The notes under the pieces were generated by a model. The model was not told the origin of the DNA. It saw only the letters and a program-made list of their open reading frames with translations, and did not search any database. Of a DNA stretch of 64,000 nucleotides, positions 33,100-44,500 are shown one piece after another. The stretch comes from Anthoceros angustus (taxonomy: Eukaryota > Plantae > Anthocerotophyta), in assembly GCA_010909165.1 (NCBI GenBank), contig VJWM01000313.1, positions 19,343-83,342 of the forward strand, given 5' to 3'. A program made the position numbers and the translations under genes. The number at the start of each line of letters is the position of its first letter. Positions within the stretch are counted from its first letter, which is position 1.

Positions 33100-35900
33100 G
33101 AGCTTTAGCTCATCTTCCGGCCGCCCGCCGCGGTCGAGGAGCGGTTCGTTCCTCTCCTCCTTGGCCTTCCACCGCCCTTGGGGTCCCAGTAGTGCCGGCA
33201 GTGATCTGCCCTTGGTGGGTGGGCTCCGCTCCTTCTCACGCTTGACGCGCGCGTCTCGAGGCCAGGTGAGTCGTCCTCACCTTCCTCCGCTTCCTTTCCT
33301 CTGTTCACGCCGTTTTCCGCGCGGCCTTTCTCTCGGCTTGATCGGTGGTCACCTTGGCCACCATCAACCTTCATCCGCTCATCTCTCCTTCATACCCCTC
33401 TTCCACGATCCACGATGTCTGCTGGATCCAGGAATCATCCTCCACCTTCGGGGTGGTAGTCGCATGATTCGGGTTGGGCTTCTCTTCACTGCGGCTCGTG
33501 AACACGACTCTGGTCTGGTGTCACTCGCGTCACCCGCACAGGATCCCCATTTTATGTCCCAATTCCATACACGGCAAAGGGTACATAACCACTTGCCGTG
33601 GTTACGGGCATTCATTTGAGTAGTGACGGTGCTCGCAATTATAACAACACCACTGGAATCGCCGCCCGGTGCGATGGATCGGTCTCCATTGTCCTGGCGA
33701 TGTCGGTCGCGATCCATACCTTGAGGCGGTGTCGGTTGGTCGCCCTCATTGATTGAGGTGGCCGACTTCGGTGACGCTTGCACTGGTAGCTTCATCCACA
33801 TACCAATAATCTCCGGCATGACGGTTTCCACATGATTTACCGCATGTCGTGGTGCGAATACATTCCTTGGTGTGTCCGTTTGATGACAAAAAGCAATACA
33901 CCAAGCGCCCGTGAGGAGATCTTCGTGGAGCTTGATTCTTCACGCTTGACCTCTAACTCGGTCAATCTCTTGGTCAAAGCCTCCACTTGTCCGCAATCCC
34001 TCCTCTGCTGCAGACGTTTCTCCCTTCTCCATCCAACGGACCGTCTTCCCCTCTCCTTCTCCAATCGCGTTCCGCCTCTTCTTGTCCTTTTGACCTTCTC
34101 CGGGTCCTTCTTCATTTCGTTCGTAGGCCTTCTCGATTCCTCATCCGATGTGGAGCTTTCTTGAGTTCACTGTCCTCACTTTGATGAGGAGGCGATGGAG
34201 GAGGTGGGGAAGACGAGGAGCTAGATCTCCTCGATCCTTTCCTCTTCTTATGACTTCGCCTCTTCTTCTTCTCCTCCCCAACTCGGCGGACTCCCATTCC
34301 TCGGCTAAGCGGAGGCCCTTACGTCTTCGTCCCGCTGCGGTGTACCTCCATTTTCGCGACAAGCCACTCACAAACCAATCCAGCGCTTGTGAGTACCAGG
34401 TGGTGGATCTCCGGCCTCTCGGGTGCACATTTGAACTCGATCCGGATATCCATAAAACCTCTCCACATAATCAAACAAAGATCTCGTTTCTTCCTGAAGG
34501 GTCTCAACTTTGCCAAAGTGTGGTGTGCGTGAGCCCTCGGAACCGATTCAAGAAATGCTTGAGAGCTTCCCAATGGCGCACCGAATTATAGGTGCGACCA
34601 TACCCTTGTGCATGCCCTCTCGGTCCGGAAGATCGTGATCGATCGACTCCATCCTCCAAATTGCGTGGAGCTCGAAAGTTCTTACAAGCCTCGCGTCATC
34701 TCCCTTCTTCTTCGCGAATTTGACGTATTCTTTGGCGACTATGAAGTTCCTCCTCCTCCACCAACTCCACTCATGTTGCTCGGTGTCCTGCCAACACTCT
34801 TCTCCGGGGTAAGAAACATCGGGATCCTTGAGTCGAAATCTTCTACCAGCGAGGAGTAGCGACCTCCCTCTGGTTCGTCCCAGATCAAGATCGAGATTCG
34901 ATCGAGTCGTTCCGCCAAATCCTCGACCAAGCACGAAATTCCCGCTGGCGACCTGTCGTCCTGTCGATTTGGAAGATGAGGGGTGGTCTCACCGCTTTGA
35001 GAAGCAAAGCGTCGCGGGCGTTCGCGGTTGAACTCGTGCTCGGGAGGCGCCCCTTCCTTCTTTGGACACCTTCTCTTCTCGACCTCCTTCCTCTCGGCCG
35101 GTGATCTCGCCTCTTCTTCCTCCTTCTCATCCGTTCGCTCCGCGCGAGTCGGCGACTCCATCCTCCAATTAGCGTGGGAGGCGTGCTCGAAAGTTCTTAC
35201 AGCGCCTCCATCTCCCTTCTTCTTCTCGAATTTGACGTATTCTTTGGAGGAATGGCGGTCCTCCTCCTCACCAACTCCACTCATGTTGCTCGCGTTGCTG
35301 CCCCAACTTCTTCTTCCCGAGGAAAGCAGATCGGGATCCTTTGAGCGAAATCTTGACCAGCGGAGTAGCGACCTCCCTTGTGGTTCGTCCCAAAATCAAT
35401 TGATCGATTCGATCGACGTTCCAAATCCTCCGACCAGCACGAAATTCCCGCTCACGGCGACCTCGTCGTCGGTCGATTCATTTGGGGTGGTCTCACCGCT
35501 TTGAGAAGCAAAGCGTCGTGGCGTTCCGGCGTGCGGGTGAGTCGTGCTCGGGAGGCGCCTTCCTCGCTGGACACCAATTCTCTTCGACCTCCTTCCTCTA
35601 CCGGTGATCTCGCCTCTTCCTCCAATTTCTCCGTCCGTTCACCTCCGCCTTTCACAGGCGACTTCTTCCGATCGCTTTCTCTACTTCCTCCTGCGCTCGG
35701 TAGCGGCGGTGACTCTTCCCTTGATTTCTTAGGCTCGTAAATCTCTTGCGGTGACGGTGGTGACCTCTGCGTGTATCTCGAGATCGACCCTACGACATCG
35801 CAACCATCCTCATGTCCTCCAACCCACAGTGTTAAGAAGGAAGCAAACCACACCCCTTTGTCTCAACCATTCACCCCTATGACAACTTAGGCGTGGAATT
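33100..35900 (-). pseudogene. Gypsy B gag region, with an internal tandem duplication of about 0.5 kb (about 34645-35150 / 35155-35640)
   Basis: Cys/His clusters VYCF...GHTKEC...TCGKSCGNRH (about 33820-33900) and WLCTLC (about 33570-33590); Arg/Ser/Glu-rich tracts. The blocks CTCCATCCTCCAA...GCTTTGAGAAGCAAAGCGTCG occur twice. Confidence 0.6.
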
Positions 35901-35985
35901 CCTTCTCACAACATATGGTCGACCCTCGGTCCTTCTGAAAAACATTACGCAGCGATGGAAACCACAAAACTTCAAACTTTCAACA

Positions 35986-35999
35986 AGTCCCGAGCGCCA
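35986..35999 (-). promoter_or_regulatory. Primer-binding site of Gypsy B (TGGCG-type, non-iMet)
   Basis: The - strand reads ...CCTACCACA TTTT TGGCGCTCGGGAC, like the TTTTTGGCG PBS context of Athila-group elements. The tRNA was not assigned. Confidence 0.6.
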
Positions 36000-37214
36000 A
36001 AAATGTGGTAGGAATCGGGGCACTCCCAGGTCCTCCCACTATAGCGGCCACACTTATCCTTGTCGTCGTTGGGTTTCGTCCCATGAGACTTGTGTGAAAG
36101 TTCGAGGCCTTGTGATGCCGTCGCTACTGCAAGACACTTCTCGACCTTCTAAGCGAGCAAGGCGCCTCTACTCTCCCTCTTCGGTAATGCCCCTCGCCCC
36201 CGGATCGCCAATTCCACTAGCGACACCACAATTGCGAGTCCTGCCTCAGCGGTGAGCCTATCACGGCGAGGGACCCCAGTTCCACCGCGATTTTGTCCCT
36301 ACTTCTAAGACCACTCTTCTCCACTCGGGGCGCTCTTTTACTTGCAGTTGGGATTCGTCCCTTAGGCTCTGCTGTGGCCTTCCACTAACACCTACACCTC
36401 TAATCCTCTACTCATCTCCTCATCCTCTTCCTCCTATTCTAACCTCGATTCGGGCTTCTTGGTTTCTCGCCCTTACGGCTGGCGCACAGGGTCGGCCTCC
36501 ACCAGCAAGTTCTTCCTTGGGCGGTTGCTATGAGTTTGACACCGGGTGAGAACCTCCGAGTCTTTCCTGTAGTCTACCCTCAAGCCGAGAGTTCTCACAG
36601 GCATTTGCCACACACCCAAAGCAAAGCAATTTCACGGCAACCATTCACAAGGGAGCAACTCGTTTAGGCACTTGCGTGAGCAAGTCCTCCACCAAGCACT
36701 CCGACCATGACTTCCTCTCTCTACGTGCGTTGGCTCACGGTACGAAATTCCTCTGTAATGGCAAAGGACTCGATGGCGTGGGCGCAAGACATGATACTTT
36801 ACTTTGTGAAATCCTCCTCCTCTTATAGGAGGCCTTCCACATACAACCTCCCTTGGGTGACCCCAGGTCACCTTTTCCAATTTTCTATTCCTACACTTGA
36901 CATTTAAGGCACACCTAAGTCTATTGTCCTTGGTAAATTCTATTCTAGTAACTTCACCTAAGACCATCCTTTAAGGATGTCGGACATCACCTATCTTCTA
37001 CAAAGCTCATTTATGGTCATTGACCATTCTAGTCCTTATCCTTGGGGTGGGCATGTCCTTGTGGATTGGCTCCCTCGCCCTCCTTTTGCTCTTGCCCTTC
37101 CCGATCTTGTCGCCTTCCTAATGTGTGGGGCAAGTACAATCTGCCCTTCCTCCATCTCCCGGCGGCGCCTCGGTTTCCTTCCAATCGCGCCCCCTCGCGG
37201 CGCCTTTTCTCCAG

Positions 37215-39450
37215 CCTCGCCTGGTCGCGCCTCATCGCACCCTACGCGGTAGTCGGACTACGGGGTGGTGACTACCATGGTAGTGGGTCTTCCTTCTTCT
37301 CCATCGGTGATGCCTCTGGGTGGATCTCTTGCTCTTTTCCTCTTGTTTGGTTTGTCCATACCTATCATGGAGCATCTTCAAAGTCTTCCCCCCATGTCGG
37401 ATGTTCTAATCTCTTCTTGCGTTGGACTCCTCTCCTGGCCTCCCTTCCTCGTGGGGGAGGGATTCTCACCCTCCCTTCCTCAGGTCGGACCGTCCTTAGT
37501 CTCCTCCGGTGGGGTTGTCTCTCCCCACCACCTCAGTCCTCGGGGGTATACTGGACCCCCTCCTTCCATCTTGGCTCCAATCCAGCTGCGGGCTGCCCCC
37601 GGTAGTCGGACTACGGCGTGGTCAGTCTACCCGCAGTGTCTGGACTACCGTGGTAGTCACCTGCCGTGGTAGGTGACCCCGAGGTGGGCTCCCCTCCTTG
37701 CTCTCCGCCACCCCCCTGGCGCCTCCTTCCCCTCACTCCTCAGTTCCTCGGAGTCCATTTCATGATGGCCTCATCAAAATCGGAGGCCTCCTGCACTTAT
37801 GCGGCTCCTTCGTCATCATCATGAGGACCCAATGTCCTCCTCTTGGCCAAGACTCATTGTTGGCCTTCAAAATCTATTGTGGAGGTGAGCCCCAAGCTAT
37901 GATATTGCATTTGGAGATCATCAATCTCCTGGGCCACTCTCCATCCTCACACCTACCCTTGTAGGCGTCCCTTGTGGTCAATTCCCCACCTTGACATGGA
38001 GGTTACATTCTCCTCCTCACTTCCATTTGGTGGCCAATTTTGCACGAAGGGCATAGTCCAAAATCGCCTTCCTCACTACCGGCATTATGCACCACCTTCT
38101 TGTGGTACTCCTCCTCTGGACCTCCTTTGTTCCTTCGGCCATTGCTGGCAAGCCTCCTTCTCCACTTGCCTCACTTCTCGCGCTCACTCTTGCTTTGTCT
38201 TGAGCCTTTAGCTCAGCTTCTCTTCCAATTGCGGGTCCTTCTCAATTCTTCCTTCCATGTCCGGATTTTGATGGCTTGCGTAGCCATCACTGCTCTTGGC
38301 GTCCATTCTTTGGACGCTACCTTCTCCTTCCTCTGTTTTGCCCTTTTCTCCGCCTCCGCTGGTCGGCCTCATCGCACCCTACGCGGTAGTCGGCGGACTA
38401 AGGGGTGTGACTACCTATGGTAGTTCCTTCTTCTCCATCGCTGATTGGTGGATCTTCTTGCTCTTTCTCTTGTTTGGTTTGTCCATACCATGGAGCATCT
38501 TCAAAGTTCTTCCCCCCATTGTCGGCCTACTAATCCTTGGCCTTTTTGGACTCCTCTCGGCTCCTCCTCCTCGTGGGGTGGGGAACTTCTCACCCTCCCT
38601 TCCTCGGGTCGGACCCGTCCTTAGTCTCCTCGGTGGGGTTGTCTCTCCCACCACCCTCAGCTCCTCGGGGGTATACTGCACCCCCGGCTCCTTCATCTCA
38701 GCGGCCCCGGCGACTCCCCGGCGCTCGCTGCCCTACCTAGTCAGCGGACTACGTGGTGTGTCTACCAGTAGTCTGGCACCGTGGTAGGTGGTCTCTGGTA
38801 GGTGACCCCCGAGGTGGGCTCCCCTCCTTGCTCTCCCTCACCCTTCCACTGGCGCCTCCTCCGACTCCTCAGTTCCTCGGAGTCCATTTTTGATGGCCTC
38901 ATCAAAATCGGAGGCCTGGCTGCACTTTGCGGCTCCTTCATCATCATCATGAGGACCCAATGTCCTCCTCTTGGCCAACAAGACTTCATTGTTGGCCTTC
39001 AAAATCTATTGTGGAGGTGAGCCCCAAGCTATGATATTGCATTTGGAGATCATCAATCTCCGTGGCCTCTCCATCCTCACACCTACCTTGTAGGCGTCCC
39101 TTGTGGTCAATTCCCCACCTTGACATGGAGGTTACATTCTCCTCCTTGCTTCCTTGATTTGGTGGCCAATTTTGCACGAAGGGCATAGTCACGCCCAAAA
39201 TCTCCTCTTCCTCACTAGCATTATGCACCACCTTCTTGTGGTACTCCTCTTGGAACCTCCTTTGTTCCTCGATTGCTGGCAAGCCTCCTTCTCCACTTGC
39301 CAAGCATCTTCCCTCGCTCAGCTCCCTTGGTCTTGAGCCTTTAGCTCCGCTTCTCTTCCAAATTACCGGGTCCTAATTCTTCCTTCATGTCCGGATTTTG
39401 ATGGCTTGATATCCACTGCTCTTCTTGGCGTCCATTTGGACCGCTACCTT
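37215..39450. repeat. Tandem duplication of about 1.1 kb inside the 5' LTR region of Gypsy B
   Basis: The block from CCTCATCGCACCCTACGCGGTAGTCGG to GGACGCTACCTTCTCC occurs at about 37215-38330 and 38360-39450, but only once in the sister copy (about 20475-21620). Confidence 0.85.
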
Positions 39451-40329
39451 CTCCTAGAGCCTCGTTTTGCCCTTTTGCTCTTGCTCTAATTGGGCAAAAT
39501 GCTCCTCCATACATCTCCATGAATCCCTTTGGGTTGTTGCCGAATGGCTCTTTCTTGTTGTGACAACCTCCCTCAGGACCTTCTCCGCCGTTGGTCACAA
39601 GGTCGGGCTTCTCCTGACCTTTTCAATTTGGCTGCCTTTCGTCGGACTCCATGGCCTCCAATTGCCATTTGGTCCTGCCTTCCTCCGGCCATGTCTTGAG
39701 ATTTCACTTCTTCTTGGCATGCCCACAAGGAGGCTGCTAGTCCCTAGCCCCTTCAAATCCACATGGTGAGTGCTTCACAAGCACTCAGCAATTCTCCTAG
39801 GGTCCTAATTCTTTCTTGGAAATCTCCAGCTCTCCTTCTGCCTCCCGGGCCATCAGGCCTTGGTCCCTCACGTCGCTCCATCCGCTCTCCTCCTCCAGCG
39901 GGATGGTGGCCTCGGCGCCCGCGGCACCTCGCTTCTCCTTCCCTTCCACCGCCGTGGCTGCACGCTGGCGTGGGGTGGCCTACAGCGGTGGCTGCTCCCC
40001 TGGTAGTCGCCTACCATGGTGGTGCGCCTACGGTGGTGCCCACCCTTGGGTGGGCGCCTCCCTGGGGTAGTGGGGTGCCTCTCAGGCACAAAGGAGATGG
40101 TGGGGACTCCCCACCCTTGGCTGTCACCCCTCCTGGTAGTCCTCTCTCATAGACTACCATTCGGCCTTCCTCGGCGGTTCTTCTTCTCCTCTTGCTTGCT
40201 CACAGTGGGGAAAGATTCCCACTCGGCAACCTTGTTGCCTCCATCTTCTCCTCTTGCTTCTAGCATGCTTGTGGAGTCGACCTCCCGTCTTCCCAATGCA
40301 AAGGCAAAGGCCTTTCCAACCTTTGGAGA

Positions 40330-41141
40330 TGGATGACCTCAAAGGGATGCCATGCATCTTCAAGCTCCTTGCTTGTGAGAAGTCCCTCGGTTTCCCATAA
40401 ATGCACCAAATAGGTGCTAAGGTAGCAGCCTTGGCCCTTCCTCATCCACGAATTTGGCTTGAGGAGCTTCTCTCGGTGGTGGATGTAGGCCTCATACATG
40501 ATGGTCCCCAATCGGCTTGGCTCCATGGAAATCTTCCACAAAAATTGGAGGAAGTTGGTCTTTGAAATAAGAGTCGTTGGTAATTTACCAACCCCAACAC
40601 AATCTTTTGAAGAGCCTCCACTTGACTCCTTGATGCTCTCGGTCTTCCACCATTCTTGGCGTGGGCCTTCACTCCTCCATCCATCATGTCGAGGAACTCT
40701 GCGGGATGTCGGAGGGCGTCCTCTTCCTCCATTCGACCTTTCGAGGAGAGCAATTCGAGCTCTCTTCCTCCGGTCTTCCATACACTGTCGAATACTCTTC
40801 GGTCCAGCGAGGATCCGTTCGCATTCCTTCCGGTGCGCACTTCCGATTGATGGAGGTTGATGTAACACTCCTCAATCAATTCCAAATTGGTGTAGGCCCA
40901 TTGGCGGCCATACACCCATCCTAATTGGATGTTCTCCTCCTCTGCCCACTGCCTGAAATCGACTAAATCCCTGGGGTTGAGCTGCCCTGCAAAGCACGTA
41001 AATTGTGGCATCAAAAGCTCGCCTCCTCCTGGCGGCGTAGCCCCTGCTGCTGGCTTTTTGCCCTTTCCTTCTCGCGAGGTAGAGCCTTTGCCTGGCGGCT
41101 CCTTCCCCTTGCCTTTTCCTCCTCGAGGCATGGCGTCTTCC
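40330..41141 (-). CDS. Extra ORF of Gypsy B, copy in the 5' LTR region (best-preserved copy)
   Basis: Overlapping ORFs 40442-41158 and 40260-40868 together give MPRGGKGKGKE...QFTCFAGQLNPRDLVDFRQWAEEENIQLGWVYGRQWAYTNLELIEECYINL...KNGWKTESIKES...YLSTYLVHLWE. Confidence 0.6.
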
Positions 41142-41558
41142 AACAGCTCTCTTGTCATCCAACAGCTCTCAAATGAAGTGATACTTCACATCCACATGTT
41201 TAGTCTTCGCATAAAACACTGGATTCTTTGCCAATTGGATAGTACTCGGCTGTCACAATGCAACAACGACTCAACCTTGATTCCCAAGTCTCCACTAAAG
41301 GAGCAAGCCATATGGCTTCCTTGCAAGCCTCGATTCTTTGCAACATACTCGGCCTCTGTGGTAGATAGCGTAATGCACTGCCAAGCAGAGATCGCCATGG
41401 GGCCCCCTCAATGCACAGAGACATAACGTGTGGACCTCCTTTTGTCCATATCCCCTGCATAATCAGCATCTGTGTACCCAACCACACATGCATCTTCACT
41501 ATCAAAACATATGCAGAAAGCTTTTATACCATTCAGATACCTCATAACTCCTTTTACA
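41142..41558 (-). mobile_element. Copia RT-end/RNase H fragment of the same family as 21937-26873
   Basis: VKGVMRYLNG...GYTDADYAGDMDKRRST...LSTTEAEYVA...EACKEAIWL...HVDVKYHFI. Colinear with 26095-26480. Confidence 0.88.
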
Positions 41559-44500
41559 GTTAGAAATAATAGTAGACCACGTTGGTTCTGTACCAATATG
41601 GTTAGTCAGCTAGACCTAGCAGTTAGTATAGGTAGTTAGCTAGGCTAGCGAAAGGACACACCCCTTGCGAGACCACCTATAAAAGCCCACCTATGAACAC
41701 ACTTGATTCATTGTTAATATAGCATCTTTGCTTAAGGCGGCTTCCATGCAATTCTAACTTGGTATCGAGCCACGGGGCTCTTACCATGGTCTCTAGATCA
41801 ATGGCTGAATTACGAATGTGTCACTATCTAGGTGAGCAATGGATGAAGCTCTACACTCGCTCATGGATAGAAGCATTAGATAAATGGTTCTTGATAGCAG
41901 TTGGAATGAAGACCACCATTGGAAATTACAATGTCTTTGTCGTCGCTTTCATCTAGCGTGTGTGGGCTCACCCATGTCTTACACTAAATCTAGACTCACT
42001 ATTCTTATAGGATTAGATTTAGTGTCCTACAATTTTTCCTTGAGAAGAAATGAAAAAAAAAAAAGAAAAGCATGTTTCTATTTTTTTATCATATTTATCT
42101 ATTTTAAAAAAAAGGAGATTTGATAGGGTTCTCTACATAGGTTTATAAGCATGGATTTGTGTTTAGGGGAAGGCATTCAGCCTTGCTCCTTCTTACACAT
42201 TGCTCTTCTAAGCTTTACTCCTCCACCAATTCAAGCAAGACTCACTTCTACACACCAACATGGCCAGAAATCGGCGCAACACTGCTCATTCTCGGCGCTT
42301 TGGTGATGATGTGGAGCGTGCTCAAGGGCAATCATTTCAACGTAGGAATTCACGGGGATTCGGATGGCGGCACCTCGCTACTATCAATCCTTGGACAACT
42401 TCACGGATGCTTTGATCCAAGCTTTGGATAACGGTGGACTCCCCAGCTGATCGGCTCACAATCGTCGTGGTGGGATCAATCAATCCAAGTCATCACAATC
42501 GCCAACAAAGGAGATTGCGGGAAAGATCTGACGTTGGTTTCTGGATTCCCGGTAATTCCTCACCTTGCGGGACATCCTCAAGGTGCCATGAAGAACAAGC
42601 GTCTCTCGGAAGGATTTGTCCGGCCTCAATTCGCTGGAAAATTACGCTTGGGGAGGCGGCGATTTGATCGTCACCAAGTTTCCCCATCCACCTGTCGAGA
42701 GGAGGCGCCCGATTCAATCAGCCCGCGCGCCCCATCGGTCAGTCGAGAAGGTGGAGCCGGCCCCAATTCCTCGGGGGCGGATGCATAGCGCACGGCGCGG
42801 CAGCAGCGCCCACCCCGTGAGCGGCGTCAGCAACCGCCCGGCCGCGCCACGGTCGCGGCCGCCAGCAGTGCCCAACTTAAGTTGGGCAACCGCTCAGCTG
42901 GGCCGCTCGCAGTGCCCTTAAATTGGGCGCCTCGCGGCGATGCCGCGACAGGCTGCCACCCGTTGGGTTAACGGGGCGCCCGTTCAGGCGGCGTGCGCTC
43001 AGCAGGCGTGACCCGTCACCTCCAGCGGGGCTCGGTTCTTTTCTTTCGCTCCATTAATTGTTTTCGGGCTCTCTTCCAAAATTAGTGGCGATTTTGGTGG
43101 CGATCCTTCTCACTCCAACGGCTCTTGGCTATCAAGTGTGCCTCCTACACCGATTTCAACAACATCGTCAATACCTACCGTCATAGCTTTTAAGGAGGAA
43201 CCAAGATCGTCTCCTCTCGACTTTGGAAGCTGCCTACAAGGAGTTCAAGTACAAGGCCCAAGCCCAGCTCACTCGAGCAACGCTCTCTCCATTATCAAAA
43301 TCTTTGGCGATCGATCACATCAACACTAATCTTGTGAATTCTTTGGAAAATTGGCATTGAGTCAGCTTTGATAGGCGAGTGCTGGAAAACAATTTTGGAG
43401 CACGGGATCCGGTGATGCGTTGTAGGTGGGTGGTAGTGTGTTTGCTTTGAACTCTCTGGAAAATTTTTGCTCACACTACGATTTGTGTTTTGAGCCTTGT
43501 GTCACAACACGCTCGTTTACACAATTGTGGAGCCAAGGATTTGACCATGTCGGAGGAACTCCACCACCACCGCCACCTCCGCCATCTCGGCTCACGTAAT
43601 TAATGTTATGAGCGTCTCTCGACTTCAAAGAGAGATAGGTTCAGCGGGACCAAATATGAGATTTGGTCTCGGCGGATGAAAACGGCTCTCAACACGCGCG
43701 ATCTTCTCCCCGGTGGAGGTGTTTCCCCAAAGCCTACCGCACCTCGATCGGCGATTGATCGTGGCTCAAGTTGGATCGTCAAGCCATGCAAATGCTGGTT
43801 TCGGCCTTGGCGAAACCACCTTGCATCACAAGCGGTCGACTACTTCAGCGAGAGGCTTGAAGCGGATCAATGACATCTGCTCGATCAGCGAATGTGATGA
43901 CCTTGGTCACCGTCCGACAAGAGTTTTACACTCTTCGGATGCAACAAGGTGATAGTATTGCCCATCACGTGAGCGATTCGGTACCTTGGGCACAATTGGC
44001 TGCACTCGGGACTACAATGTCTGAATTTGATGCTCTGTCCGACCGGCTAGCCTTCCGGCTAGTTATCGATCGTTAAATCTCTTCCCAAAACCGATCGGTC
44101 CGGACTTCACAGCGGCGGTGGCGGTGGTGGACAATCCACCTAGCGTATCGAGCTTTGGCGCACTCCTTGAGGAGGAGGCATCCGCTTCAACTCGGCACAT
44201 CTAAACATGGTGGAGGCGGTGATGTTTGTGACTCGAGGGGCGGTCACAAAATCAACAACGAAGAGAGAATAACCCGGAGAAACAACAACTCCGGCCCATC
44301 AAAAGGCTCCTTACGCCTCTTCCTCCTCAAGCACGCAAAGCGTCAAAGGGGCGTGCAATTGGTGTCGATCACCGACCCTTTGAGGCCTTGAGTGCGGGGA
44401 AGAAGCGGTGAGGTGAGGCCAAAGCGTGAGATCAAGGCACTAATAATTTTATCGTCTCCAAAAGGCCAAGAACGTCAAGTCAGTTGCCTTAACCGTGTTA

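Larger units (their letters stand above)
19233..41141 (-). mobile_element. Athila-like Ty3/Gypsy element (copy B): long LTR, gag-PR-RT-RNH-IN, long LTR; contains a nested Copia; the 5' LTR is truncated at 41141
   Basis: LTR 3' ends (CCTACCACA on the - strand) lie at 19233 and 36004. A PBS-like TTTTTGGCGCTCGGGAC follows the 36004 end. Gag with two Cys/His clusters lies at 33100-35900, protease at 32500-33050, RT/RNH at 30850-32100 and integrase at 28900-30300. 36004-41141 is homologous to 19233-21936 plus 26874-28145. Confidence 0.85.
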
